From assembly GCF_009914755.1 (NCBI RefSeq), contig NC_060938.1: a stretch of DNA of 64,000 nucleotides; one strand, written 5' to 3'. Each line of letters opens with the position of its first letter. Within the stretch, counting starts at the first letter, position 1. The translations under genes and the position numbers were made by a program. The DNA is from the human T2T-CHM13v2.0 reference genome, Homo sapiens. Below, one piece after another: positions 26,159 to 42,200 of this stretch. The notes under the pieces were generated by a model that was given only the letters and a program-made list of their open reading frames with translations, ran no database searches and was not told the DNA's origin.

Positions 26159-27489
26159 AGAAAGAATATGTGTCATTAATCACTTGAGAATTGTTTACAA
26201 CTATAATCTAGAGAGCACTTACTTGCCCATGGCAGGCAGTAAAGTTACCTTGGTTGTGTAAGAATAACCTGAGTGGTTTACTCAGACTGTTCACAAATGT
26301 TTGGACATCATTCAAGGGCTGTCCAAGTCTGACTAGTTAGCTTTATGATATACTCAGATACACTCAGATTCACCTTTATACCATCCAATCACATTTAAAG
26401 GAGGGTGTTTCCTGAAATTGCAACATTACTGACTTCCCAGCCATGTGACATAGCTTTTCAGACTCTAAGTTAAATTTTAACCCAGACATCTCTCTTCAAT
26501 TCAGGTCACCTACAGGCCAGACAAAGCCAAGGTCATGTATTGAGTGAATATAAGGAGTTTTGTTGGTTCTAATAACTGTAATGTTATTCACTGGTTGAAA
26601 TACTATACCATGGTTAATCATAAGTTGCAGCTGTTGTGTCCTTTTATTTATGAGCCCTTAATCAAGAGGACACAGCAAGAGCCACTGTTTGAAAGGAGCC
26701 TTTCATGAGGTCTTCTCTTTGGGTGCTCCTTCTTGTTTCATTGTGAAAAGAAGAGAAGTTTATATTGCCTTGCAAAAGTTATTAAATAGTATATGTTGGC
26801 TTCTCTGAAAACAGATTTTTCTATTCCAAATTTGAAAGATCAAATTATAATCTTTATATTTCAGCTGATGATAATAGAAACACTAAGCCTGTGCTCTCCA
26901 AACAATGTCTTTTAATTGGTGCCAAGTTTGATTGAATCTCAATATCAGCCATCAGAAGTTATATGTTGGCTCTCTGAAAACAGACTTTCCTATCCAGAAT
27001 TCAGGTTTTCTATTTGTGACAATATGTCTCTGCTGATGTTAAGGTAAACAGACCAGAGCTCTTTGTGCAGCCCTTTTTACTGGTCCTGAACCTGATGAAT
27101 GAGATTTTAAATGTAAGTCAATCTCTCTCTCCTTTTTTAACTTTTTGGTTTTAAATCCTCCCTTATTTTATGAGAATTCATCTTATGAGTTACCCTTGTT
27201 AAAATATTGGCATATCCAGGAGTTTGAATAGGGTCATTTTCTGAATGGATTTTGGAATAATTACGTAAATTGATTTTTCTGATCAAGGAATTTAGTGATA
27301 GGTTATATTTTCAAATGTGTTGATTGTCAGCTTCATCCTAAATTGCAATGTAACACAAAAGCTGGTACACAGCTCTTTTCTTTGAGACACTCAAAATGTT
27401 TCCAAACTTTAAATTCATACTTTTTACTGATAACATTTTTGTGGATCTCATTCAGGTAAACTTTTCTTCTTCACTTGTTGATCCCGCGT

Positions 27490-27870
27490 GACCCCTCCAG
27501 CCACACAGGTTTCATGTGCTTCCCTGAATACAGCATGCACTTAGCACCCTTTATAGCCTGGATAGTGTTGTTACCCCAGACTAGAATTCTTTCCTCATCT
27601 CCATTACAATACTTGACATCCTTCAAGACAACACTCAAATGCTACTTATATCATTAAATTTCCTCCCTGATTTCTACTTGGACTTAAATGTTGCTCTTTG
27701 TACCACTTTATTTGACCTGTTGCTGAAGCACTTAGTTCACTGTACCTTGTATTTTAATTGATTTTGTACATGTTTTTTCCCTCAACAAGAAGCAAACTTA
27801 TTGAGGTCTGGGACCATATCTTCAAGCAGCCTCCAGATAATTGGCTTGGCACAAAGTTGCATGCATCTCT
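27490..27870 (+). mobile_element. L2 3' fragment
   Basis: 'ctccagccacacagg...catccttcaagacaacactcaaatg...ttgaggtctgggaccatatctt...ttggcacaaag'. Confidence 0.7.
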
Positions 27871-29369
27871 TGTTTTCTCATAACTGGATGGAAACAATGA
27901 TATTTAGATTTATCAGAACTGCTACAGAGGGCTAAAGGGATGCAAAAACACTTGGTAAAATTCAAAATTCTCTTTAAAGTAGTCAGTATTGTTCTCAAAA
28001 CAATTACATCAAACTTTTAGTGACTGAAGTGTTGTAATAATTTGTGATTTTCAAAGATACTCAAAATTTAAGGTGAACAGTGAGCCAGAACACAAGATGA
28101 TACACCTAATCTCATTCACCAGTCTGTTTTGACCAAGTCAAGTTGAGGCAAGAATGCTGGGAACAAGCTTTTCTGATTGAATGTGTTAATTTAGCCCGCC
28201 TTCAAACTTCTTAACCAATGGCTTCCACTCTACCACCTTTCAACGCTTTTTTTTCTGTAAGATGGCATGTTATCTGTTAGAAATAATGGGGATCACATTC
28301 ATTATACCAGCAGTAGTCTCTCTGTGATCACACTCATTAGACTGTTTACTACCACGAATTCTGGGAGAAATGGCCTGGGACATTAAAAGAAACAAACAAG
28401 CTAAGAGGGCTGTCTAGGACCAATGACAGTTATTGGATTTGTTTTAAGAATTAAGCTTATGAGTTACACTTTTTTCCTTTGCAGCATAGATGAAAATCAT
28501 CACTTGAGGAACATTTCAACATCATAGTTGCAAGTATAACTTACACAATGGAAAATGTTTTTCATTTTGAGAAGAGGCAATTGCTATTTTGTAATGGAAC
28601 GCAAGGACTACTGGAGATAAAACTTGCATGCAAGACCAGTACAGCTTGATGAAGGGAGCAGAGTCTAGTTTAACCTCTAAATTAGGAGATGTTTGTTTTA
28701 ATTTTACTGCTATTCCAGGCAAGAAATATTAAGTGTCTGCTGTGTTCAGGACTGCTAAACATTATGGACAATACAGTAATAGTAGAAGACATGGTGTCTG
28801 CCCTTGAGGGAGTGAAAATTGAATAGACAACTCTTAACTATCAGGATCAACAAAAAAATGGTGTTAGTTAGGGAGTAATAAAAGTGCCACACGGCTAACT
28901 ACAAACCAGAAGGCCAGGGACGGATTACTGTGAACTCAGCTGCTGTGTAGCTTTGAGTTTCTTGAATATTGTCCATGACCCATTTATTTTGTTTTAAATA
29001 GAGAATTATATCTGCCCTCTACCAAATACACAGGAATAATCTGAGTAATGTTTATAACTGTGATCTGAGAACTTTTTGAGTCTTTTGCAAATCTGTAAAC
29101 ACAGAGTGAGAATGAGATATGACAGTGTGGTAAAAGAGGACTTTTGAGATTTATTAATATTTAGAAGTACAAGGGGGAAGAATACTTTTATAGTATGATT
29201 ATAATGTTAAAGATATTCTTCCTTTAGTTTTATAAAATGTGGCTTTTGATCAGTAAGTGGCAACTTAGAAGAAAAGTCTATCCTAAGTTGATTTGCTATT
29301 CCTTGACCTTAAGAACTATAGAACACTTTATTTTCTCCTAAGACCACTTTTTTGTTTTTATTTTACTCC

Positions 29370-29485
29370 ATTCATTAATTCATTCAGCACATAATAACGA
29401 AGTATGTACTTGGTGGCAAGCACTGTGGTAGGACCTGGGGATATGAAGTTGAAGAAGACCTGGGCCATATCTCTAAAAACCTTGT
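29370..29485 (-). mobile_element. L2 3' terminal fragment
   Basis: 'cattcattaattcattcagcac...caagcactgtggtaggacctggggata'. Confidence 0.7.
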
Positions 29486-30017
29486 GAGGGGAAACCAAGG
29501 GGGAAAAAGTTTCTACTATTTTAAATAATTAGAATAGATTTTATTTTATAGTTAAATTTGAAGAAAACTACAATTTTAGTTAGATTTACTATGCCATCTT
29601 TACTCATTTGTTCACTCCCATTCGTTCATTTTTCAAGTTAATGGGTGCTGGAAACCTGAGTCATCCTTGACATGTCCCTTTCATTTGCCCTCCAAATGCA
29701 AACAACCACCTGTTGTTTCAGTCCTTTCAAATGCCTGCCTCCAGAATGAGCATTAAATCTGTCAACATATTTACCATCTCAGCTTCTCCAGTCACCTCCT
29801 AACTGCCTCCCAGTTTCCACTCTTACTTACCTCTAATTAACAGCTTTCAGACTTTTTTGAGGATGACCTACAATTAAAAAATACATCCATGATACTCCCA
29901 GTACACATACTTGTGTTGCTATGTATCTATAAGTAAATCCAAAATCAAAGATTAACAGAATAATACGTATCTTTTCTCAGTATCATGCATTTTGATATTT
30001 TTAAAAATTATATTCCT

Positions 30018-30318
<301 letters not shown>

Positions 30319-30326
30319 CAATTAGG

Positions 30327-30597
30327 GGCCAGGTGCAATGGCTCATGCCTGTAATCCCAGCACTTTGGGTGGATCACGAGGTCAGGAGTTCAAGACCATC
30401 CTGGCTGACAAGGTGAAACACTCTCTACTAAAAATACAAAAAGATTAGCTGGGCGTGGTGGCAGGCGCCTGTAGTCCCAGCTACTTGGGAGGCTGAGGCA
30501 GGAGAATCGCTTGGAGCTTGCAGTAAGCAGAGATTGCGCCACTGCACTCCAGCCTGGGCGACAGAGTGAGACTCCATCTCAAAAAAAAAAAAAAAAA
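30327..30597 (+). mobile_element. AluSc/Y-type with two internal deletions, inserted in the tail of the preceding Alu
   Basis: 'gatcacgaggtcagg', 'ccatcctggctgac'; short gaps at 'cactttgggtggatc' and 'gaatcgcttggagcttgc'. Confidence 0.9.
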
Positions 30598-31484
30598 TTA
30601 TATTCCTTTGTCGCTTTCTTGCTGGGCATGATTAATTAAATTCACTTTATGATCCATTAATGATGTGAAATTTACTGTTCTAATACTTTTAAACACAGGT
30701 TGTTTAAAGCCAGGGTGATAGGTTTATATTATTTCCCTGCTTAAAATGTTTCATTGGCTTCTGGTTGTACTTTTAGAATTCAACGTAGAAATCATTGTAT
30801 GGCCTACAAAGTCCTGCATGGTCCCACTCTGCCTCCTCCTCACTCTTTCCTACTTCTCCACATCTTCACACAGGTTCTTTCCTCTCCATGGAATAATAGT
30901 CTTCCTTCCCCAATCTTCACCTTGCCAATTGCTATTATCCTATGGGTCTCTGTGTAAAAATCACTCCTTTAAGAAAATTAGATCTCCCCTTATAATTCCT
31001 CTTCCTCCTCTTTTTATTCACTGTATTTATTATAATTGTATAATTATATATTTATTTGTATGACTTTTTTATTTAATATTAGTGGCCCACACTAGATTAC
31101 AGGTTCCCCGATATCTAAGACCAGATCTGTTTTGTTTATTGCTATATCTACAATACCTGGTATAGTCCTAGCATAATCAGCAAATATTCTTGGTATGAAC
31201 TTTGGATCAAATGCTATGCTTGCCCCACAAAGGTGAATAAAACATAGACTTTATTCTCAAGGAGTTCTACTCTTTTGACATGGAGTATACTTTGTTTGAA
31301 GACAGGTATCTAAAAGACAAAACAGGTTAATAAACATCTTAGAAAGGGTATTAGAATGCTGGAAATCCTATAAACAATGGCTTCTTTAGTTTAAGACTCT
31401 AACTGGAGGGAAGTTTTCCTTATTTACTCATGATACTAACTCAAGGAAATGCAATGATTTTTTTTAAAGGAAGCAGAGATATTA

Positions 31485-33030
31485 TTCTTTTATTGAGGTA
31501 AAATTTCTAGAGATTGAAATGCACAGATCTTAAGTGGACAATTCAATGAGCTTTGAAAAAAATATTTTCTTGTGTTCCCTTCCAGTCAATCTCAAGCCTC
31601 CTTAGGCAATCACTCTTCTGATTTCTATCACTACAGATTAGTTTTTCCTGTGCTCGAAACTCACATACGTAGAAATCAAGCACTGATATCTGGCTTCTTT
31701 CAGACGGCCTTTCTTTTTAGATTTATCCATGTTTTGTGTGTATTTTTTGTTAATTCCTTTTTTAGTAATGAGTAGTATGCCATTGTAAAAATATAAGACA
31801 ATTACTTTTTAGCCATTCTTTTAGGGATAGATATGTGGGTAATTTTCACTTTAGGGTTATTATGAATAATGCCATTATGAATATGCTTATACAAGTTCTG
31901 TTTTTGAAATTGGTGGGTCAGAGGATAGACGAATGTTTAACTCTAAAATAAAGTGCCAAACTGTTTCCAAAGTAGGTTATACAAATTTTCCATTACCAAC
32001 AGAAATATAAAATAATTATGTTTGTTCTACAGTTTCACTAAGAGCTTTTTTCTTTAATTTTAGACATTCCAGTAAGCTTGAAACAGTCTTGCACTGTAAT
32101 TTTAATTTTGATTTCACTGATGACTAATGATATTGAATACCTTTTCATGTGCTTATTAAGCACTCACATATTCTTTTGTGAAGTGTTTCTTCAATCTTTT
32201 GATCAGTTTTATTGGCTGTTTGTCTTTTTATTGTTGGTTTTGGAAGTTTTTAAAAATATATTCTGAATATAAGTCCTTTTTCAGATATATGTACTATAAC
32301 TATGTCCTCGCAGTCCGTGGCTTGTCATTTTACCTTCTTACTGGTGTCTTTATTGAGCAAGTTTTAATTAAAATGGTTAGTTCTTTTTATAGCCTTTTAA
32401 AGAAATCTTTGTCAACCTCATGGTTGCAGCAATCTTCTTCTACACCTTTTTCTAGAAGCTTTATTGTTTCATCTCTTATGTTTATGATCAATCCTGAATT
32501 AATCTCTATGTGTGTCATGAGGTAGCTATCAAGGTTCATTTTTTTCCCATATATTTTTCCAGCGTTCTCTAGCTATCTTTTGAAGGGTTTTCTCTTTTTA
32601 TTAAATTATCTTGGAGCCTTTGTAAAAATTATCAATTTACTGCATATGCTTTACTCTAACTGGACTCTCCATTTCGTTCCACAGCAGGATTTGCTATCTT
32701 TACACCACTCCTATGTTGCTTAGGCTCTGAGGCTTTATACTAAGTCTTAATATCAGGTAGTGCGAGTTCTCTGACTTTGTGAGTTTTTTAAAAAATCAAT
32801 TTTTTTGGTATAAATATTTTGCACTTCATATAAATTTTAGATTCAGCCTGAAAATTTTGAGAAAAAACTATTAAGTTTTCACTGGGATTGTAATGAATCT
32901 GTGTTGAACTCAGGGTGAATTGACATCTTTAATAATATGGAATTTTCCATGACCATGATCATGTTTTCTCTCCCAATTGATTAGGTCTCCTTTAATTTCA
33001 CTCAGAAATATCTTATGGTTCTCAGTGCAG
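31485..33030 (-). mobile_element. Old L1M (L1MC/MD-like) 3' UTR and ORF2 3' part
   Basis: 'tttattgaggtaaaatt...aaatgcacagatcttaagtg', 'ctgatgactaatgatattgaatacctttt', 'gaattgacatctttaataat' antisense L1. Confidence 0.85.
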
Positions 33031-33179
33031 AGGATTGTGATGGTATTTTGAATGACTATGAATAAATTTTTGGCTGATATATTAAGTCAATAATAGATAC
33101 CTTTGATTTTTATTATTATTTCTATATTATTATGCAGTTCTCAGCCTTGAAGTTTGAAAGACTTTAATAAGACATTGAC

Positions 33180-33900
33180 ACCAGTCTCCCACTTAATGCT
33201 GGAATGCTCAATTACAAATCCCTGGCAAATGTTCATTAGACTTTGAACTCTTCCAATGCTGGAGAAATAACTGTTACACAAAACACCCTATTCCATTTGG
33301 GGACAGTTTGAATTGTTGGAAACGTTCTTTTTATATTGAGCTAGTTTTCTGCCTGTTGTCTGCCCTTTGGAGTCATGGAGATGAGTTTGCCCTCTCTCCT
33401 ACAGAGTACCCTCCAGCTATTCGTAGATAGCTAATCTGCCCAATGAATTCTTTTTTCTTGTTGAAACAATTCTAGTTTCTCTACTTATTCCTCGCATGAC
33501 ATGATTTTTGTATCTTTTCTCTTTCTCTGACTCTTTTGACATGCTCCAGTTTTCTGTATTTTCTTTAACTTTTGGCATCCAGAATAGAAGCAACACTCCA
33601 ACTGTGTCCAGACCAGTGCAGAGCACAGAAAGACTATTTTTTTTCCTTACTCTGAACACTATACTTCTGCTAATCTGGCCTTAAATATCATCAGGGTTTT
33701 CAGCAGCCAAGTCACACTGTTGGCTCATGTAATGTTCACTGTCAGCTAAAACCCCTAGATCTTTTTCACATGAACTCTTATTCAGACTGCTCATTCTTTC
33801 ATCCTGAACTTAGGCCTGTAATAGTTTTCTTTCTTGTGTTCATGTAATAGAGTTTACATTTATTCCCATTCAGTCTCAGAACTTCAGACCAATCTTCTAG
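33180..33900 (-). mobile_element. L3/CR1 LINE 3' fragment
   Basis: 'aacgttctttttatattgagc', 'gaccagtgcagagcacag', 'tcacactgttggctcat...ctaaaacccctagatctttttcacatgaact' match antisense L3. Confidence 0.8.
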
Positions 33901-35038
33901 TCAGTCTTTTGTGGAGTCTATAGGCTTGACAAAAGAAAAAACTCAGACTCCAGTGAATACCACAAACAGTTATTTGCTTTAGGTTCAGGAAATGAAAACG
34001 TGCTGGTTTTAAGTTTCTGAAGTTGCCTCCCTCCTTCATCTCATTCCGTCCTCCCCCTTCAGTTCTTTGGTCCGAGACCCAATAGAGGATGTCTACAGCC
34101 ACTCTCCCTCTAGGGAGGGCCTGGGTCTCATCTTCCACCCACTGCCATTCAATAATAGCTTGGGTCTGTCTTGGCTAAGCCAAGGGAACATCCAGCTTCA
34201 CTGAGAAAACCTTTGCTGCATGGTGATACGCCACCTACTTGCACTGTAGCGTTGTCTGGCAGGTTTGGCCCATTGTCTCCCAGAGGAAACAGAAAACAAC
34301 TCCCCAGCAACCCGCCAATCTCTTTTGTCCCCACAGTCGAGCTCTGGAAAATATCTGAAAGCCACAGAAGTGGGAGTACCCTTTGATGTTTATATTGGCT
34401 GGCTCCTTTTCCTTTTTGCTTTTTCTTTTTTTCATTTAATAATCAGGGTAGTAGAAAATGCGGAGAATTAACCGCATGACAGCAGCAGAGGAATTCATTA
34501 GAGAAACAGAGATGAATTCTGCTCAGATTTCAGGCTCTCAGGCAGAAGACACAAAGGAGTAATCGTCTTCTAGTTTTTTTTAATCATTTCTTTTGTGGCA
34601 CCTTCCTTGTCCATGAAGGCAATCTCAGCGTCTGGCATGGGGGAGCCCAAGAACATAGGCAGTGCAAATGGTGGCTTTGATTTGGGGATTATTACAGCAA
34701 TATTAACCACTTCCTTCTTACCTCTCTTTGAAAAGATGGAGCTTGTCATTCTTGGAGAAGGCAGTGAACAGTGCTATGTTATTGCTTTTATTTAAAGTAT
34801 TACCCACTAAAACTTCATTTTAAAATTGGGAAAAATGTGCATAACATTTTACTATGGAAAATTCTTGAACAGAGCAAAAAATGCTGAGGAATATAATTTT
34901 GCAAATGTGTTCTCTTCTAACTTAATATCCTCAGAGACCCTTCCTTTTATGAGCCTCAAAGACAGCTTTAGTGATGGCTTACACAAAACTAAGTAAATTT
35001 ACGCATACAATTTTACTTGAAGGAAGTTGGTAAAATAA

Positions 35039-35344
<306 letters not shown>

Positions 35345-36954
35345 ACATGGTTTTTTCTATAATTGTACAAAGGCAGCAGCTGGATCCCCAGAAGCTACTG
35401 GTAATACTAAGATTTCCCTCCCAAAGTCGAAAGTAGTCCTGATTGCTTTGCTTAAGTAGTAGAGTTTCATTACTATTTTAATTCCTCATGAATTTTTTAA
35501 AAAATACAAATCATATTCGGAGTTTCATATTGAAATTATTTAAGAGAAAATTTTTTTCTCAAGTACTGTTACACACTTTAAAAGCGTGTATGTAATTTAT
35601 TGATTTTATAAATATAAATGATTTGCATCTTATGAGAGCAAGTTCTATAAAGCTCTTTCTTGGTTACAATTTTTAGCATGGTTTTATTTTTAAGTAAACA
35701 TATCTACCTGAAAGCAATGAAAAGAACAGTTTTGAATCTTAGTGATATTTCTGGAAAGAGAACTCATTAACCTGAAGTACTCATGCATATAATTAATTTA
35801 AAAACCATTTGGTTTTAACCTTAAGCTAATCCAATCAACTTGTGCTTTCATCAAACATTTAAGGCCTAACAGGGACAGGTCTGGTATCACAAAAACTTTC
35901 CCAGGGAATACTCTTCTTATGGCTCATCTTAGGACATAGGCTGTAGAACTATGTCCTAGAACCAGACCATTAGCAAGTAAGTCACCTTTTCATACCATGT
36001 TTCTCCTACCTGTCAAGCGAAGATGCAGGCACTTGCCACCTGTCAATGGGAGAAAATACTGTATATCAATCTTTTTTATATCAGTGATAAGGAGGAAGGA
36101 TAGTGATGACTGTGGCCTGTAGAGGGTATAGGGAAGGCTCTGTGGAAGAGGAGAGATTTAAATAAGGCTTACAAGAATATGTAGGATGTTAGTCAATGAC
36201 CGTTTTTTGAGAATATTGATAAAAAGGCATTTAAGATATGTTGCCTGCTTCTGATTTGGATTGGCATAGAAAAGGCATGAAGACAACATCAGAAAGGGAG
36301 TAAAAGCACAGGTGTGTCAAAGCACATGCAGGCATATCTTGGAGATATTGAGGGATTGGTTCCAGACCACCACAATAAAGTGAATATGGAGAAAAACTGA
36401 ATATTGTAATAAAGGTACTCACACAATTTTTTTGGTTTCCTAGTGCATATCAAAGTTATGTTAATGCTATACTGTAGACTCTTAAGTGTACAGTACCATT
36501 ATGTCTAAAAAACCAATGTATATACTTTAATTAAAAATAATTTATTGCTAAAAAATGCTAATAATCATCTGAGCCTTCAGTGAGTTGTAATCTTTTTGCT
36601 GGTGGAGTGTTTTGCCTGGATGTTAGTGGCTGCTCTCTGATCACGGTGGTGGTTACTGAAGGTTGGGGTGGATGTGCCACTTTCTCAAAACAAGTCAACA
36701 GTGAAGTTTACTGCATTAATAGACTCTTCCTTTCATGAAATATTGCTCTATAGCATGTCATAATGTTTGATAACACTTAACCCATAGTAGAACTTTAAAA
36801 ATTTGAGTCAGTCCTCTCAAACCCTGCTGTTGCCTTATCAACTACGTTTATATAATATTCTGAATCCTTTGTTGTCATTTCAATGATGTTCACAGCACCT
36901 TCACCAGGAGTAGATCCCATCTCAAGAAACTACTTTCTTTGTTCATTCATATGA

Positions 36955-37272
<318 letters not shown>

Positions 37273-37603
37273 TGAATCAACTTCTCATCAGATTTTATCA
37301 TGAGATTGCAGCAATTCAGTCACAGCTTCAGGCTCTACTTCTAATTCTAGTTCTTTTACTATTTCCTTCACATCTGCAGTGACTTCATCCAGTCTTAAAC
37401 CCCTCAGAGTCATCCCTGAGGGTTGGAATCAGTTTCTTTAAAACTCCTGTTTATGCTGATATTTTGACCTCCTCCCATGAATCATGAATGTTCTTAATGG
37501 CACCTAGAATTGTGAATCTTTTCCAGAACGTTCCCAATTTATATATTTTGTGAAGATCCATCAGGGGAATCACTATCTGTGGCAGCTATAACCTTACAAA
37601 AAT

Positions 37604-38422
37604 TTATTTCTTAAATATTAAGACTTGAATGTTGAAATTATTCCTCGACACATGGGATACAGAATCAGGCATGAAAACAACCTTAATCTTATGTATCTCC
37701 ATCAGAGCTCTTGGGTGACTAGGAACATTGTCAATGAGCAGTACTATTTTGAAAGAAATCTTTTTCTCTGAGCAGTAGGTCTCAACAGTGTGTTTAAAAT
37801 ATTCATTAAGACATACTGTAAACAGATGTGCTGCCATCCAGACTTTGTCGTTCCACTTCTAGAGCACAGGCAAAGTAGCTTTTGCATAAATCTTAGGGAC
37901 TCTGGGTTTTCAGAATGGTAAATGATCATTGGCTTCAAGTTAGAGTCATCAGCTGCATTAGCCCCTACCGAGAGAGTCAGCCTGTCTTTTGAAGCTCTGA
38001 AGCTAGGCATTGACTTCTGCTCTTGAGCTTTGACAGTCTGAGATGGCACCTTCTTCCAATATGAGGCTATTTTGTCTACATGAAAAATCTGTTGTTTAGT
38101 TGAGTCGCCTTCATCAATGATCTTAGCTAGATCTTCTGGATAAATTTCTGCAACTTCTACATCAGCACTTGCTGCTTCACTTTGTATTTGTATGTTACAG
38201 AGGTGGCCTCTTTCCTTAAACAACTCATGAAGCAACCCCTGCTAACTTCCAACTTTTCTTCTGCAGCTTTCTGATCTCTTTCAGCCTTTGTAGAATTGAA
38301 GAGTTAAGCCCTTGCTCTGGATTAGACTTTGGCTTAAGGGAATGTTGTGGCTGGTTTGGTCTTCTAGCTAAACTACTAAAATTCTCCCTATGAGCAATAA
38401 GGTTGTTTTGCCTTCTTATCAT
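37604..38422 (-). pseudogene. Disrupted Tigger1 transposase (pogo/CENP-B-like DDE) reading-frame remnants
   Basis: ORF 37744-38235 'EAASADVE...[21 protein letters not shown]...YWKK.PS...SKDRLTL..GANAA...LKPM.IYHSENP' and 37604-37837 '[19 protein letters not shown]' match the Tigger1/TIGD1 transposase but lie in different frames. Confidence 0.9.
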
Positions 38423-39099
38423 TCATGTGTTCATTGGAGTAGCACTTCTAATTTCCTTCATGAACTTTTGCTTTGCATTCATAACTTGGCCAACTGTTTG
38501 GCACAAGAGGCCTAGCTTCCTGCCTGATTCAGCTTTTGACTTTCCCTCACTAAGCTAAATTATCTCTAACTTTTGATTTAAAATGAGAGAAGTGTGATTC
38601 TTTCTTTCACTTGAACACTTAGAGGCTATTGTAAGGTTATTAATTGAACTAATTTCAATATTGGTATTGTCTCAGGGAATAGAGAGGCCCAAGGAGTGGG
38701 AAAAAGATGGGGAAATAGCTGGCCAATGGAGCAGTCAGAATACACATATTTATCAATTAAATTTGCTGTCATATATGAGTGTAGTTCATGGCACCCACAA
38801 ACAATGACAAGAATAACATCAAAGATCACTGATCACAGGTCACCATAATAACATAATCATAATTGAAAAAGTTAGAAATATTGTGAGAATTACCAAATAT
38901 CACACAGAGACATGCATGAGCACATGCTATTGGAAAAATGGCACTAATAGACTTGTTTGATGCAGAGTTGCCACAACCTTCAATTTGTAAAAGTTGAAGT
39001 ATCTGTGAAGCACGATAAAGTGGAGTACAATAAAGTAAGGTATGTCTCTAGTGTGTTTGTGTACATTAAGTGGTGGAAGATGTGATTTAATTTTTTAAA

Positions 39100-39530
39100 A
39101 AATAGCCGTTTACCCTAGATAAATCAGTAAGAGATGAGTACAAGTATGTATCTACAAATTATTTTTATTTGTGCTCTTTATAAGAATTAAAAATTGAAAA
39201 ACTCCCAAATAATTAATGAAGTAAATTATCTTTCAAGTATACACTGTATTGTTCTATAGCTATTAAAAATCATATTGTATAAAAATATTTATTCAAATGG
39301 GGAAATACTCATGATATAGGAAGAAGTGAAAAGTAGGTTATAAAACAGAATGTATAGTATGGTCCCCATTTTGGGAAATATATTTACACTTATGACAATA
39401 AAAAAATCAGACAGGATACATAATGAGTTGTTAGCAGTGGTTATATATACTCTGAGACCATGAGTTATTTTGATTTTTGAGAGGCGAGTGTGCTTGTTGG
39501 TGTTTTCAACTCTTTCCTACCATAAAATGT
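39100..39530 (+). mobile_element. Old L1ME-like 3' fragment
   Basis: 'aaattgaaaaactcccaaat', 'tatagctattaaaaatc', 'aagtgaaaagtaggttataaaacag', 'gttagcagtggtta'. Confidence 0.55.
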
Positions 39531-39569
39531 ATTAATTCACTATTCAATTTTTTTAAGTTCTAAGAAGTT

Positions 39570-39950
39570 AGACACTTATTTATTTTAGGTGTTATACAGT
39601 CCATAGTGGAAATTTGAGATGAGTGACAGAATGAAAATAATATGGTTGCAGACAAATGTGATAAATATGTGTAAGATGTTTTTGAATAGACAAAGCCTAT
39701 TTTAGGAGTGATGAATTGTAGCAATAATTTATTGTAAAATGATAGATGTTTGAAATAGGGTGGGAGTGGTAGGAATTCAAAGGAAGGGATAGATATGAAA
39801 CATGAAGGATGAATGGGCAGTATGTGGTGAAATGGCTCTGAGAGGTGAGAGAGAGAAGACTCTTGAGGACAAGTGCAATGTTTCAACCTGCTTAGGATAA
39901 TAAAGCCAATAAAAGATAGAGACAGCTTGTTTGGGGGCTGAGATAAAAGG
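39570..39950 (-). mobile_element. L2 fragment
   Basis: 'gtggaaatttgagatg...atatggttgcagac...ttaggagtgatg...gagaggtgagagagag' antisense L2. Confidence 0.5.
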
Positions 39951-39964
39951 TTTCAATCCAGGCT

Positions 39965-41730
<1,766 letters not shown>

Positions 41731-41749
41731 CTTACTTGCCCAATTCAGT

Positions 41750-42200
41750 TTTACATGGCTTCTGAATTTGAAATAATAAGGCAAAATGGTAGAGATGTTC
41801 AGCTTGCAGTGGGGGAAGATAGAAAATCGAAATTCACATGACAGGGTGAAGCATAGTGATTAAGATTAGGAAGTCATCCACACAGAGTTAGGAGAAAATA
41901 CATCTAGAGTTTGCCAAATCCAAAGGCAAGACTGTAAGAAAAAGATACTAAAAGAGAAAAGAGCAGAGGATGTCTCTGCATTTTGTGATACATTAAAAAG
42001 TTATGGTAGGAGAAGGAGATAAATTAAGAATAGCCTGGGGAAAGAGATGTAGAGAGTGAAGTCAAAGAAGCAGGGGAGCCAGTACTAGGTAGAGTCATGG
42101 TGGTCAGGATTAGAAAGAATTCCAGCAGTCCAATACTGCAGAATAGTCAAGGAAAATTGAAGACCGAGACTGGGCCTTTGGATTTGATATTTGGTTACCA
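41750..42200 (-). mobile_element. L2 fragment
   Basis: 'gagagtgaagtcaaagaagcagggg...agtcatggtggtcagga...ccaatactgcagaatagtcaagg...ctttggatttg'. Confidence 0.6.

Noticed and set aside
31085-31275. Tail-to-tail L2 ends resembling the L2-derived miR-28/miR-151 type of hairpin
   Set aside because: Arms are too diverged to pair well, and the miR-28-like segments are in the wrong order and too far apart
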